Part shown: piece after piece, positions 10,185 to 21,091 of the stretch
How positions within the stretch are numbered: position 1 is the first letter of the stretch
Layout: every line of letters begins with the position of its first letter
The notes under the pieces: generated by a model
Told to the model about the DNA's origin: nothing
The model's input: only the letters and a program-made list of their open reading frames with translations
Database searches by the model: none
Translations under genes and position numbers: made by a program
Source of the DNA: Chitinophagales bacterium
GTDB lineage: Bacteria; Bacteroidota; Bacteroidia; Chitinophagales; CAIODY01
NCBI GenBank assembly: GCA_947449695.1
Contig: CANFST010000003.1
Span: forward strand, 3,248-67,247
Length of the DNA stretch: 64,000 nt
Reading direction: 5' to 3'

Positions 10185-11156
10185 TTAAATCGGATTATTG
10201 CGTTTGATCTCATCTAATATTTGATAGCCAATTAACATGGCGTTTAATCCATCAGCAAACGGAACCTTGGTTTCAGAATCATTTAAAATTGCATCTCTGA
10301 ATAATTCGAGTTCCATTTTTATGGCATTGTTTTCATCTACTTTTGGTGCTTCAAAATGAATGAATTTTTGTTTGTCGTTGCCCATCTCAACTGGTATTGC
10401 CCAATCATCATTTTCAGCAGTTAAACTCAACCGACAGATTTCAGTTTTCTTCTCTAAAAAATCAATCCCGATATAAGCATCAGACTGAAACAAACGCATC
10501 TTACGCATTTTTTTTAATGAAATTCTACTGGCAGTAATATTAGCAACACAGCCATTATCGAACTCTAATCGAGCATTGGCAATATCAAATGTGTCGCTCA
10601 CAATTGCCACACCACTAGCACTGATTTTTTTTACGCTCGATTTTACGATAGACAAAATAATATCAATATCATGAATCATCAAATCCAATATCACAGCCAC
10701 ATCTGCGCCTCTTGGATTAAATTGTGCCAAACGATGACACTCAATAAACATGGGATTTAATTGCCGATTTTGAATAGATAAAAATGCAGGATTGAATCGT
10801 TCAACATGCCCCACTTGCCCTTTTACACCTGCTTCCTGAATAAGTTGCAATAAATGTTTTGCTTCTTCTAAAGTGTTGGTTAAAGGCTTTTCGACAAAAA
10901 CATGTTTTTTCTTTTTCAAACACAATACAGCATTTTCATAGTGCGTTGTAGTTGTGCTGGCAATATCAATCGCATCGCAAGCATCAATTAATTCTTCCCG
11001 ATTTAAAAACCTGCGAACTCCCATTTGTTCAGCCTTTGCAGCATTGTCATCAAATGGATCGAAAAAACCAATCACCTCAATTTGTTCAATCAACAACCAT
11101 TGTTGCAAATGAATTCTGCCAAGATGCCCTGCACCAAATACGCCAACTTTAAGCAT
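10185..11156 (-). CDS. Gfo/Idh/MocA family NAD(P)-dependent oxidoreductase
   Basis: The Rossmann motif is KVGVFGAGHLGRIH and the FVEKPL motif is present. The first ATG is at 11156. The TTG at 11198 in the ORF track adds an implausible 14 aa. Confidence 0.8.
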   Translation of the reverse strand: MLKVGVFGAGHLGRIHLQQWLLIEQIEVIGFFDPFDDNAAKAEQMGVRRFLNREELIDACDAIDIASTTTTHYENAVLCLKKKKHVFVEKPLTNTLEEAKHLLQLIQEAGVKGQVGHVERFNPAFLSIQNRQLNPMFIECHRLAQFNPRGADVAVILDLMIHDIDIILSIVKSSVKKISASGVAIVSDTFDIANARLEFDNGCVANITASRISLKKMRKMRLFQSDAYIGIDFLEKKTEICRLSLTAENDDWAIPVEMGNDKQKFIHFEAPKVDENNAIKMELELFRDAILNDSETKVPFADGLNAMLIGYQILDEIKRNNPI

Positions 11157-11331
11157 TGTGTTATAAAAAATGAATGACAAATGTAAAGAGGAAAACAAAC
11201 CTTTCCGAAATTCTTTATTTTATAGCTTAAAATAAGTAGAATTATTGATGGCGGAAAAATAATTTGCCATATAAATACGTGGTATAACGTACTTGTGTTA
11301 ACGAGAGAAAATTATATTTTTACAGCACAAC

Positions 11332-14300
11332 ATGAAACCAACCACAAAAGTTTTGATGTTGTACCTCCTTCTGCTGTGTTCAAGCATTGTTTGGGCGCAG
11401 GGGACGATACAACTGAAAAGCGAAAATATCTTTCAAAAAAACGGACTTGGCTCTGTGCAGGTAAATGCCATCGCACAAGACAAGTTTGGTTTTCTTTGGT
11501 TGGGAACCATGAACGGTTTATATAAATACGATGGCTATACGCTACAGCTTTTTAAAACCAATCATGAAGGCAAAACACTTTTAAGCAGCTACATTGCCAA
11601 TCTTTTTTTTGATTCAAAAAATAATTTATGGATTTTAAATGATGAAAATGGATTAAACAGATATAACATTCTGACTGATAAGCTTGACCAGTATGTATCT
11701 GATAAGAAAAACGAAAACACTATTGCCAACAATCATGTAGAGCAAATTATAGAAGATAAAAATGGCAACTATTGGTTAGCTACTAATGATGGGTTAGATA
11801 AATTAGAAATTAAAGCTGATAGTAAAGGCAGTGAAAATGTGACGATAACACATTTTAAATCACAGATAGAAAATTCTGGTAGTTTGCCAGGTATGCGTAT
11901 TAATAGCGTACTTCCATCTGGTAACTCAATTTGGTGCGGAACAGATGCTGGTCTATGCGAAATTGATATTTCTTCCAATAACGTTACCCGTCATTTAGAA
12001 ATCACTTCGGGTGAAGATAAAAATTCAACTATTACTTGTATCGTGGAAGATAAAACCCATAACGTTTGGATTGGGACTTCATCAAGTGGAATCTGGATGT
12101 TGAATAAAAGCCTGACAGGTCAACCTGTATTTACACAAGTTATCAAATCTACCGATTTAAGCAATGCATTTGTAAGCTCATTGATGTTTGATAATAATTT
12201 CAATTTATGGATTGGAACAAAAGGTGGTGGTGCAATCAAGTATAATTTAATTAGTCAAAAAGCAGATGACATTGCACAAGAAACTACTGGCGGAAAACGC
12301 ATCAATGCTTTATTCAGAGATGTTACGGGTGTGATTTGGATGGCACATGAAAATGGATTGAATAAAGTATTAGATAAAAAACAATTCAGTAATTTAGAAT
12401 TTGCCAATGCTCCTTTCAATTTCAAAGACAATGTTTATGTATATGCCGTGTTAGAAGATATGCAAGGCAATGTATGGATGGGGACTGAAAAAGAAGGATT
12501 GTATAAATACAATCCGCAAACCAAATCAGTAATTCATTACAGTGTTCAGAGTCAGCCGCCATACAAGTTGAAAAGCAACGATGTGTATGCTTTAGCTGAA
12601 AATAAATTCATGATTTACATTGGTACTTCCACTGGATTGAATGTGGTGAATAAGCTGACTGGTGCATGTATTCAACTTCCTGACCAATTGTATGATTTAA
12701 ATATCAACAGCATTTCGATGGATAGCAAAGGCGATATCTGGATGGGGTTGATGAACTATGGTATTTGCAAACTAGATTACCTTACATGGCAATGTACTTT
12801 TTATCAAGACGATGAAAAAACAAAATCAGCAGAAAATGGCAATAATGATGTAAAGTCTATTTTATGTGGCAAAGATAATTTGCTCTATTTGGCTACTGAT
12901 AGCGGTTTAAAAGTATTTAATACCATTTCAAAAACATTTAAACGCTATCGTTCTGTTCCTGACAATCCATTAACCATTTCTTCCAATCGAGTTACTGCAA
13001 TGTATCAAGATAAGGAAGGAAAATTATGGGTAACTACTAACAATGGCGGTTTTAATTTATTTAATCCACAAAGTGAAGAATTTACCAGAATCCGTTGCCA
13101 ATATTTGAATGAGAACACTGAAGTATATTCTATTTTACCAGATAGTAAAAATAACTTGTGGTTAAGCACTAAGGTTGGGATTGTTAAATATGAAAAATTT
13201 AGCAACAACTTCGTTTTGTTCGACAAAACTGATGGCACCATTAGTAAAGAATTTAATGCAGGTGCATTTTTTAAAAATAAACGTGGCGACATCTACTACG
13301 GTGGTATTAATGGCATCACTATTTTTAATCCAGATAGCATAGCAACATTTACTGGTGATTTTAAAATGGCGTACAATAGTGTACAAGCCAATAATCACAC
13401 TTTAGCTTTTGAGTTTAATGACAAAGGTGAGCAGATGGTTACCTTAAATCCTGATGAATACTCTTTCAGCATCGATTTTACTGCCTTAAATTTTATTGCC
13501 CCTGAAAAAATACAATATGCAATTAAGTTAGAGGGCGTTGACAAAGATTGGATTTCAAAAGGCAATAATCATTCTATAAATTACAACAATCTTTCGCCTG
13601 GTGTATATCATTTCAAATTCAGAGCATCAATGGGTGAAGGCGATTGGAAGGAATCTCCAACTGATTTGGTCATCATTATTAAACCTCCGTTTTATAAAAC
13701 TTGGTGGTTTTTAGCCTTAATTTCCATCTTGATCACTTCCTCAGCTTATACTATTATTCGATTAAGAGTGATGCGAATTACTGAGCAAAAGAAAAAAGAA
13801 GTGGAGATGCAAAGTATCAAAATGAAGCATCAGTTTTTAGCCAACATGAGTCATGAGATCCGAACGCCAATGAATAGTGTAATTGGCTTCACGACACTAT
13901 TGCAGGATACGCCACTTAACAATGAACAAAAAAATTATTTAAGCGCCATTCAAAGTCAGGCTGAAAATCTATTAGTAATCATTAATGATATTTTAGATTT
14001 CTCAAAAATAGATGCTGGTAAAATCATCTTGAATAAAGAACCGGTTTTGCTTCAAAAAATAATAGATAAAGTATATTCCACTTTGTATTTAAAAGCGCAA
14101 GAAAAAGGCTTATACTTTGTTATCGAAAAATTATCGGATGTGCCAAATGTGATTTTTACTGATGAAGTAAGAATGTATCAGATTTTAACCAATTTGCTCA
14201 ATAATGCTATTAAGTTTACTGAAAAAGGAAAGGTTGGATTGCAGATAATGAAGTTAGAAGAAAATGAGAAGAGTGTTCAATTACAATTTAAAGTTTATGA

Positions 14301-15039
14301 TACAGGCATTGGCATACCACAAGAAAAATTACCAATCATTTTCGACTTGTTTACACAAGTTAATATGGATTCAGCCAAAAAATTCGGAGGTACAGGTTTG
14401 GGGTTATCCATCACTCGTCAGCTTGTACAACTCCATGGTGGCGCAATTAGCGTTGAAAGCGAAGAAAATAATGGTACAACCTTTCATGTAGATATTCCAT
14501 TTGAAAAAATTGAACAATTAGGAAAAGCTGATAAACAAGAATTGCCGCCTGCTGCACAACATCATATAAATGGTAAAACAAATGACTTAAAAATTGCACC
14601 AGTTAAAACTGAAAAAGAAGAACAAGCGCCTAAACATAAACCACATATTTTATTAGCTGAAGACAATACATTTAATCAGATGTTAGCTAAAACCGTTATC
14701 AATAAATATTTGCCAGATGCTGATTTAACTATAGCTAATAATGGAAAAGAAGTGATGAAACATTTGAACAATGGATCTGAATACGATATAATTTTGATGG
14801 ATGTACAAATGCCTGAAATGGATGGTTTTGAAACTACACGAACCATTCGTCATTCCAACAATCCAAGATACGCAACCATTCCGATTATAGCCTGCACAGC
14901 AGGTGTTACCCCACCTGAGGTAGAGGAATGTTACAAATCGGGCATGGACGATTTTTTAGCCAAACCATTTCAACCAAACGATTTAGTGAATAAAATAAAT
15001 TATCATATAAACACAATAAAAGATTCTACAAACAATTAA
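11332..15039 (+). CDS. Hybrid sensor histidine kinase / response regulator with a periplasmic two-component-regulator propeller and Y_Y_Y domain
   Basis: It has a signal peptide and about 13 W(I/L)GTxxGL propeller repeats (LWLGTMNGLYKYD, VWMGTEKEGLYKYN and others). The Y_Y_Y segment is YAIKLEGVDKDW...GVYHFKFRA, followed by a TM helix. The kinase motifs are the H-box SHEIRTPMN, N-box LLNNAIKFT and G-boxes DTGIGI / GGTGLGLSI. The receiver domain reads ILLAEDN...LMDVQMPEMDG. Confidence 0.9.
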   Translation: MKPTTKVLMLYLLLLCSSIVWAQGTIQLKSENIFQKNGLGSVQVNAIAQDKFGFLWLGTMNGLYKYDGYTLQLFKTNHEGKTLLSSYIANLFFDSKNNLWILNDENGLNRYNILTDKLDQYVSDKKNENTIANNHVEQIIEDKNGNYWLATNDGLDKLEIKADSKGSENVTITHFKSQIENSGSLPGMRINSVLPSGNSIWCGTDAGLCEIDISSNNVTRHLEITSGEDKNSTITCIVEDKTHNVWIGTSSSGIWMLNKSLTGQPVFTQVIKSTDLSNAFVSSLMFDNNFNLWIGTKGGGAIKYNLISQKADDIAQETTGGKRINALFRDVTGVIWMAHENGLNKVLDKKQFSNLEFANAPFNFKDNVYVYAVLEDMQGNVWMGTEKEGLYKYNPQTKSVIHYSVQSQPPYKLKSNDVYALAENKFMIYIGTSTGLNVVNKLTGACIQLPDQLYDLNINSISMDSKGDIWMGLMNYGICKLDYLTWQCTFYQDDEKTKSAENGNNDVKSILCGKDNLLYLATDSGLKVFNTISKTFKRYRSVPDNPLTISSNRVTAMYQDKEGKLWVTTNNGGFNLFNPQSEEFTRIRCQYLNENTEVYSILPDSKNNLWLSTKVGIVKYEKFSNNFVLFDKTDGTISKEFNAGAFFKNKRGDIYYGGINGITIFNPDSIATFTGDFKMAYNSVQANNHTLAFEFNDKGEQMVTLNPDEYSFSIDFTALNFIAPEKIQYAIKLEGVDKDWISKGNNHSINYNNLSPGVYHFKFRASMGEGDWKESPTDLVIIIKPPFYKTWWFLALISILITSSAYTIIRLRVMRITEQKKKEVEMQSIKMKHQFLANMSHEIRTPMNSVIGFTTLLQDTPLNNEQKNYLSAIQSQAENLLVIINDILDFSKIDAGKIILNKEPVLLQKIIDKVYSTLYLKAQEKGLYFVIEKLSDVPNVIFTDEVRMYQILTNLLNNAIKFTEKGKVGLQIMKLEENEKSVQLQFKVYDTGIGIPQEKLPIIFDLFTQVNMDSAKKFGGTGLGLSITRQLVQLHGGAISVESEENNGTTFHVDIPFEKIEQLGKADKQELPPAAQHHINGKTNDLKIAPVKTEKEEQAPKHKPHILLAEDNTFNQMLAKTVINKYLPDADLTIANNGKEVMKHLNNGSEYDIILMDVQMPEMDGFETTRTIRHSNNPRYATIPIIACTAGVTPPEVEECYKSGMDDFLAKPFQPNDLVNKINYHINTIKDSTNN

Positions 15040-15049
15040 ATAATTACTT

Positions 15050-15415
15050 ATGGCAAATGTTTGCAACTTAGAACAACTCTCAGTAATGACTGGCGGCGAC
15101 AAAAGTGTGATGAAAGAATTTGTACGAATGTATTTAAACGATACACCACAACTGATTCTGAAAATCCGAAACGCTAACACCAATCAGCAGTATGTCGGCG
15201 AAGAGAGCGTAGCCTGGTGCTGTCATAAAATTGCACCTCAGTTAAGCTACATGGGTATTGCAGAAGGTTACGATTTAGCTAAGAGTGTCGAGGGAAAACT
15301 AAAGGAATTAACTGCTGGTTATCCTGAATTGAACAATGAGCTTTCTAAATTAAATGACTTGTGTATGCAAAGCTATCGTGAGTTGAACGATTTTATTAAT
15401 TCCAATCCAGATTAA
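15050..15415 (+). CDS. Stand-alone Hpt (histidine phosphotransfer) domain protein
   Basis: This 121-aa protein looks helical. The His context CCHKIAPQLSYMG resembles the HxxKG Hpt motif. It starts 10 nt after the kinase stop. Confidence 0.65.
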   Translation: MANVCNLEQLSVMTGGDKSVMKEFVRMYLNDTPQLILKIRNANTNQQYVGEESVAWCCHKIAPQLSYMGIAEGYDLAKSVEGKLKELTAGYPELNNELSKLNDLCMQSYRELNDFINSNPD

Positions 15416-15427
15416 GAATTGTAATTT

Positions 15428-15449
15428 AAAAATCTTTCGTAAGATTTTT
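15428..15449 (+). terminator. Rho-independent terminator after the kinase-Hpt pair
   Basis: AAAAATCTT, loop tcgt, AAGATTTTT. Confidence 0.55.
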
Positions 15450-15561
15450 AACTATAACCGAAACAAAGTTGCTCAGCCAAGGCTTCGGGTAACCTTGTAT
15501 AAAATAATAACGTTCAAATCTCCCAACACCCCATCACTAAAAGCTTCTAAGCGGTTTTCGT

Positions 15562-16248
15562 TCATGGAATTATTTTTGTAGGAATTAATTTTAGTTTCCA
15601 TTCACCAAGGTTATACTCATTAATTCTATTGGCATTTTTTATTTGTTCACGAATAATATGGTCCGTAATACTAAAAACAATAACTATTCCTAAATTCGTA
15701 ACACCGCCACCTTTACTATGGTCTGGCTTTGGATTTTCTGTTGGTTTGAAAACTTCGTAACTATCATTTTTTGCAAAGAAAATTGCACCAATATTTTTAA
15801 CTGGAAACTCATACTGTTTAAATGCTGTTGGAGTTTTTAAGACATTGATGAATTTATGTTTGTAGGTACGTTTTGTAGAATGTGGTTTATAAATTTTTAT
15901 TCTTTGGATGACTCTTCCACCATCAAGCCATAACTCAGTAAATTTATTTATATCAGTTGAAAGAACTGTATCAATCTTAAAAGTTGTATCGGTTTGAATT
16001 CTTTTTTTCAGTAGCAAATTTTCTCCATCACAACTTTCATAAATGAAAGAATTGATGTTGTTGATTGAATCATTTTCAAATAATTGCTTTGGAATGAATG
16101 TAGTACAACTACTGTCTTTCATGTGTATATACAGATGTTTTCCTTTATTGATAAACACCTTATGATATCCATTTGTTAGCAATAAAGATTGTGCATGAAC
16201 ATGTCCATTTAGAAAAAGTAAAAAAATAAATACGCTAAATAATTTCAT
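15562..16248 (-). CDS. Hypothetical secreted protein
   Basis: ATG 16248 gives the signal peptide MKLFSVFIFLLFLNGHVHAQ. The track start at 16281 is a TTG abutting the upstream stop. I recognise no domain. Confidence 0.5.
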   Translation of the reverse strand: MKLFSVFIFLLFLNGHVHAQSLLLTNGYHKVFINKGKHLYIHMKDSSCTTFIPKQLFENDSINNINSFIYESCDGENLLLKKRIQTDTTFKIDTVLSTDINKFTELWLDGGRVIQRIKIYKPHSTKRTYKHKFINVLKTPTAFKQYEFPVKNIGAIFFAKNDSYEVFKPTENPKPDHSKGGGVTNLGIVIVFSITDHIIREQIKNANRINEYNLGEWKLKLIPTKIIP

Positions 16249-16281
16249 GAAAATAAAATTAAACCACAATTTTCTAATCAA

Positions 16282-19200
16282 CTAATCATGCCCACAACTA
16301 TACTCACTTTCAGGCTCTTTGGTAGCGGCTTGTGAGGCTTCGCCATCTTTTTTGGCTTGCAACATTTTGGCAATTAATCTGGCACGTTCGGTTTTAATCC
16401 ATTCTCGTTTTTGTTCGTCTTGTTGTTTGTCGTAATAGCAAATTCCATCTACAAAAGTTTTTTCCACCACCGCATAAACGCTTAACGGATGAGCACTCCA
16501 CAACACCACATCGGCAGCTTTTCCAACAGCAATGCTGCCCACATATTTATCAACGTGCAACATTTTTGCAGGATTCATGGTGCATAATTTCATGGCTTGT
16601 GCTTCTGTCAAGTCGCCATACTTCATGCTTTTCGCCGCTTCATGATTTAATCGTCTGCCCATTTCAGCATCATCGCTGTTTACCGCCACAGTCAATCCAA
16701 CTTTTGTCATCAGTGCAGCATTGTATGGAATGGCTTCCATCACTTCAAATTTATAAGCCCACCAATCGCTGAATGTAGATGCTCCGCTGATGCCATGCGC
16801 TTTCATTTTATCAGCAACTTTGTAACCTTCCAGAATATGTGTAAACGTATTCACTTTGAAATGAAACGAATCAGCCACATGCATCAGCATATTTATTTCA
16901 CTTTGCTGATAACTATGACAAGTAATGAAACGCTTGCTGTGCATGATTTCCACCAGTGCATCCAATTCCAAATCTCTTCTGAAAATTTTTTGATTTTGAA
17001 TTTTTGATTTTGAATTTTCTTGTTGCGAAGCTTCATATTCTTTCGCTCTTGTAAACGCATTCATATACACTTGTTCAACACCCATTCGTGTTTGCGGAAA
17101 ACGTGTAATGCTGTTATCGCCCCAATTGGCTTGCTTCACATTTTCACCCAAAGCAAATTTGATAAAACCCGGAGCACCAGTAAACTTCATGTTTTCAGGT
17201 GATTGACCCCAACGCAATTTGATTAACTGCGTTTGTCCGCCAATGGCATTTGCCGAGCCATGCAACAAATGTGCAGCTGTAACGCCGCCACTCAACTGCC
17301 TGTAAATATTGATGTCTTCGCTGTTCACCACATCACCAATTCTCACTTCGCTGGTTACACTTTGTGTGCCTTCATTCACACCACCGTTGATGGCTATGTG
17401 TGAGTGTTCATCAATGATTCCAGGCGTTAGGTATTCGCCTGTTCCATCACCTAATTCAATTCCATCACTTTCTAATCCTTTACCAATTCGGCTAATTTTT
17501 CCATTCTTAATTTCAACATCAACATTTTGAAGAATGCTGTCGCTTTCATTTGTGATAACATTGACGTGGTAAATAATTATAGTTTTTGCTTGAGGTAAAG
17601 AATCATTTCCATAAGCATTGAATGGATATTTGATTTTCGGAATTTCAATTTTTTTTACCAATTTTTTCACTGAATCTTTTTTCTCTTCAACGTTGTGTAA
17701 AAATTTAGCCGACCATGTAACCCAGTCTCCATCTGGCTTTTGCGCCTGACCAGTCCACACCGAATCATTCATCACACCACTAAAACGATAAGTGGCTTTG
17801 CTGGTATCTTTCGGATAATTGAAACTAAATGTGATGAGATTTTGGTTGATTGAATAAGTGCATTTTGAATTGGATGAATCTATGCTCCAATTATAAATAT
17901 CTTCATCGATTCTTGTATCCTTCGACTTTGCATCTATTTTTCCACCGTGTAACTTAAATCCATCTACATATATACCTGCTCTTCTACCACCTATCTTAAG
18001 TCCGTCTTTTATGCGGAAAAATTTTACAATTTTAAATTCTGGTTGTGCAGCAGAACCATTTACGTTTATCTGAAACTTAGTATCATTATCAGTAGTTGCA
18101 ATTGAATAAACTCCTCTTATATCTTTAAATCCATTGTCTTTCAAAATGTAATTTTTTCCTTTCACCCAATTTTGGTAAATGATATTTTTTTCGTCAAAAA
18201 TTTTAGAAGAACAAATCAGGAAGTTGGCAATTTTTCCTTTTTGCAAAGTGCCAATTTCATTTTCCATGTTCAACATTTTTGCAGGAACAGTTGTCAATGC
18301 TTTTAGTGCCAAAGCAGTATCTAAGCCACATTTGATAGCTTTACGCAAATTGCTGAAAAACTCTGTTGAGGTTTTACAACCCTGATAAGTAATGGCAAAT
18401 GGAATATTTTTTTTGCTGATGAAATACAAATTGAAAGGCGCATCTTCCCAATGCATCATTTCTGCCAGACTGATATTCATCGCATCCAAAGGTTCGCTGA
18501 CATCATACACCTTCGGAAAAGTTAAAGGCACAATCAAACCCGAAATATTTTTTTGTTCTGCAATTTCATTCAACCGCTGATACTCATTGCCATTGGTTTT
18601 GAGGATATAATTCACTTTGAATTCATCAGCAATTTTTGCAGCACGAAGACAATTCAATTTGTCCTCTGCTTCAAAAATTTGAGGTAAATTTTGTAAATCA
18701 TTAAATGCTTCGAGCGATAAGTTGATTTCTTTCTTATCTGCTGAATGCTTGTACCAATCAGCATCGTAGTAAGTTTGGCGCAACAACGCAATCGCTCCCA
18801 TCAACGAAGTCGGATAATCTTGTGTTGAAATTCCTTTGCTAAAAGAATAATGCGCCGATGCTTTTTCTTTCAAAATAATTTTAGAGTCCGTTTCATCATT
18901 TAATGCAACCACACAACCAGTTCCCCTTGCAATTCCATCTTGCTGATGTGAAAGCACCGCTCCAAAACCTGCACTGCGAAAAGCTTTTGCAGCATTCGCA
19001 TCACGGCTAAAATTTTGTGCTGCATCCACTTCAGGATGAATAGCTTGATTCCAATAATAGGCGCCACGTTTTTTTGAAAGCGTTTGTTCATACTGACTTT
19101 TATCGCTTCGAAACGGCGCAGCAATGCCATAATTGGAATACATATCTACAAACGAAGGATAAATGTATTTGCCCTTCAAATCAACAATGGTAGCATCTTT

Positions 19201-19416
19201 CGGGATTGTGATGTTATTTCCAACTGCTTCAATTTTATCATCTTTAATAATCAAAGTTGCATCGTGTAAATTTTGATTGGCATCTACAATATTGGCATGA
19301 ATAAAAGCATATCGTGTGCTGCGATTATCATGCACACCATTGACTGGTGCTAAATCTTGAGCGAAAATTATTTTACAAAAAATAAAAAGAGGAAGAAAGA
19401 AAATTGTTTTTTTCAT
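16282..19416 (-). CDS. Tandem amidohydrolase-fold protein (secreted, 1044 aa)
   Basis: It has a signal peptide. The C-terminal module carries the metal motif GIIDEHSHIAI. The N-terminal module has the same layout but reads YPSFVDMYSNYG where HxH is expected. Confidence 0.8.
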   Translation of the reverse strand: MKKTIFFLPLFIFCKIIFAQDLAPVNGVHDNRSTRYAFIHANIVDANQNLHDATLIIKDDKIEAVGNNITIPKDATIVDLKGKYIYPSFVDMYSNYGIAAPFRSDKSQYEQTLSKKRGAYYWNQAIHPEVDAAQNFSRDANAAKAFRSAGFGAVLSHQQDGIARGTGCVVALNDETDSKIILKEKASAHYSFSKGISTQDYPTSLMGAIALLRQTYYDADWYKHSADKKEINLSLEAFNDLQNLPQIFEAEDKLNCLRAAKIADEFKVNYILKTNGNEYQRLNEIAEQKNISGLIVPLTFPKVYDVSEPLDAMNISLAEMMHWEDAPFNLYFISKKNIPFAITYQGCKTSTEFFSNLRKAIKCGLDTALALKALTTVPAKMLNMENEIGTLQKGKIANFLICSSKIFDEKNIIYQNWVKGKNYILKDNGFKDIRGVYSIATTDNDTKFQINVNGSAAQPEFKIVKFFRIKDGLKIGGRRAGIYVDGFKLHGGKIDAKSKDTRIDEDIYNWSIDSSNSKCTYSINQNLITFSFNYPKDTSKATYRFSGVMNDSVWTGQAQKPDGDWVTWSAKFLHNVEEKKDSVKKLVKKIEIPKIKYPFNAYGNDSLPQAKTIIIYHVNVITNESDSILQNVDVEIKNGKISRIGKGLESDGIELGDGTGEYLTPGIIDEHSHIAINGGVNEGTQSVTSEVRIGDVVNSEDINIYRQLSGGVTAAHLLHGSANAIGGQTQLIKLRWGQSPENMKFTGAPGFIKFALGENVKQANWGDNSITRFPQTRMGVEQVYMNAFTRAKEYEASQQENSKSKIQNQKIFRRDLELDALVEIMHSKRFITCHSYQQSEINMLMHVADSFHFKVNTFTHILEGYKVADKMKAHGISGASTFSDWWAYKFEVMEAIPYNAALMTKVGLTVAVNSDDAEMGRRLNHEAAKSMKYGDLTEAQAMKLCTMNPAKMLHVDKYVGSIAVGKAADVVLWSAHPLSVYAVVEKTFVDGICYYDKQQDEQKREWIKTERARLIAKMLQAKKDGEASQAATKEPESEYSCGHD

Positions 19417-19440
19417 TTTCTAAAAATAAACGAAAAAACA

Positions 19441-19476
19441 AAAACGGCTCGATGAAATTTTCACCGAGCCGTTTTT
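19441..19476 (-). terminator. Rho-independent terminator after fumC
   Basis: AAAACGGCTCG pairs with CGAGCCGTTTT, and T-runs follow on both strands. Confidence 0.65.
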
Positions 19477-19493
19477 AAAAAGCAAAATTGAAA

Positions 19494-20891
19494 CTAAATT
19501 TTGCCACACATTTCTTCGGGTTTCACCCATTCATCAAATTGTTCGGCAGTTAGATAACCTAAGCTGATAGCAGTTTCTTTAAGTGTTGAATTATTTTTAT
19601 GCGCTGTTTGCGCAATTTCAGCAGCTTTGTAATAACCGATTTTTGTGTTCAAAGCTGTTACCAACATCAACGAATTATCTACATGCTTTTTGATATTTTC
19701 TTTCAGCGGTTCAATGCCAATCGCACATTTATCATTAAATGAAACACAAGCATCGCCAATTAATCTTGCACTGTGTAAGAAATTATAAATCATAACAGGT
19801 TTGAATACATTCAATTCAAAATGACCGTTCAATCCTCCGACATTTATTGCCACATCATTTCCCATAACCTGTGCCGCAACCATTGTCAGCGCTTCGCATT
19901 GTGTTGGGTTTACTTTGCCTGGCATGATGGAAGAACCTGGTTCATTATCAGGAATAAAAAGTTCGCCAATTCCGCTTCTAGGGCCCGATGAAAGCATACG
20001 AATATCATTTGCTATTTTGAATAAGGAAACAGCAACAGTTTTTAATGCACCATGTGCTTCTACAATGGCATCGTGAGCAGCTAATGCTTCAAATTTATTT
20101 TCAGCAGTAATGAATGGCAAACCTGAAAGTTGCGCAATATGCTTTGCAACATTTACAGCATAATTTGGAGGAGTGTTAATTCCTGTACCAACAGCAGTTC
20201 CACCTAATGCCAATTCACTTAAATGTGCTAAAGTATTTTCTATTGCTTTTAATCCGTGATTCAATTGCGATACATAACCACTGAATTCCTGACCAACTGT
20301 CAATGGAGTTGCATCCATGAAATGTGTTCTGCCAATCTTCACCACCTGCATAAATGCTTTTGATTTTGCCTCTAAAGTATTTTTCAACTTTGTAATTCCC
20401 GGAATTGTTGTTTCCATCAAAATCTTGTAAGCCGCAATGTGCATAGCCGTCGGGAAAGTATCATTGCTTGATTGTGATTTGTTTACATCATCATTTGGAT
20501 GTAAAAACTTCTTTTCATCCATCAGGTTTCCACCTTGCATCACATGCCCACGATAAGCTATTACTTCATTGCAATTCATATTGCTTTGTGTACCACTACC
20601 AGTTTGCCAGATTACCAAAGGAAATTGGTCATCTAATTTTCCAGCTAAAATTTCATCACACACTTTGCCGATTAATTCACATTTGTCCTGAGGTAAAACA
20701 CCTGCATCAAAATTGGTTAAAGCAGCAGCTTTTTTCAAAATTGCAAACGCACGAATAATTTCTTTCGGCATTTTGTTGATGTCTTGTGCAATTTTAAAAT
20801 TATCGATAGAGCGTTGTGTTTGTGCGCCCCAATACACGTTGGCAGGCACTTCTACAATGCCCATTGTATCTTTTTCTTTTCGAAATTCCAT
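19494..20891 (-). CDS. fumC: Fumarate hydratase, class II
   Basis: The fumarate-lyase signature [15 protein letters not shown] is present. The length (465 aa) fits. Confidence 0.95.
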   Translation of the reverse strand: MEFRKEKDTMGIVEVPANVYWGAQTQRSIDNFKIAQDINKMPKEIIRAFAILKKAAALTNFDAGVLPQDKCELIGKVCDEILAGKLDDQFPLVIWQTGSGTQSNMNCNEVIAYRGHVMQGGNLMDEKKFLHPNDDVNKSQSSNDTFPTAMHIAAYKILMETTIPGITKLKNTLEAKSKAFMQVVKIGRTHFMDATPLTVGQEFSGYVSQLNHGLKAIENTLAHLSELALGGTAVGTGINTPPNYAVNVAKHIAQLSGLPFITAENKFEALAAHDAIVEAHGALKTVAVSLFKIANDIRMLSSGPRSGIGELFIPDNEPGSSIMPGKVNPTQCEALTMVAAQVMGNDVAINVGGLNGHFELNVFKPVMIYNFLHSARLIGDACVSFNDKCAIGIEPLKENIKKHVDNSLMLVTALNTKIGYYKAAEIAQTAHKNNSTLKETAISLGYLTAEQFDEWVKPEEMCGKI

Positions 20892-20926
20892 GATAGATAT
20901 TTTAAAAATAAAATTAATTTGAAGCG

Positions 20927-20934
20927 CAAATGTA
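20927..20934 (-). promoter_or_regulatory. -7 box TACATTTG upstream of fumC
   Basis: The reverse complement of caaatgta is TACATTTG. It lies 36 nt upstream of the fumC ATG, the same spacing as the rplM box. Confidence 0.45.
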
Positions 20935-21091
20935 AAAACACAATCGGCTTTATTTGGTGTTTTTTTGCAAGTGTTTCGTTTTGAAAATAATATTCAAAAA
21001 AAACTAAACGGGCTTTAATGGGCTGAAAAAAATTGTATCTTTAGCGGCTATATTTAATAACAATCACCAAACGAATTTTATTTTTCAAAAA

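Noticed and set aside
15511-15530. A tRNA-like T-loop string (cgttcaaatctc) in the gap after the Hpt gene
   Set aside because: There is no GG...CC T-stem pairing, and no acceptor or anticodon arm can be drawn around it.
16985-17018. A tandem-looking ttttgattttgaatttttgattttgaatttt stretch
   Set aside because: It lies inside the amidohydrolase reading frame and simply encodes a short low-complexity linker (ENSKSKIQNQKIF). It is not a separate repeat element.
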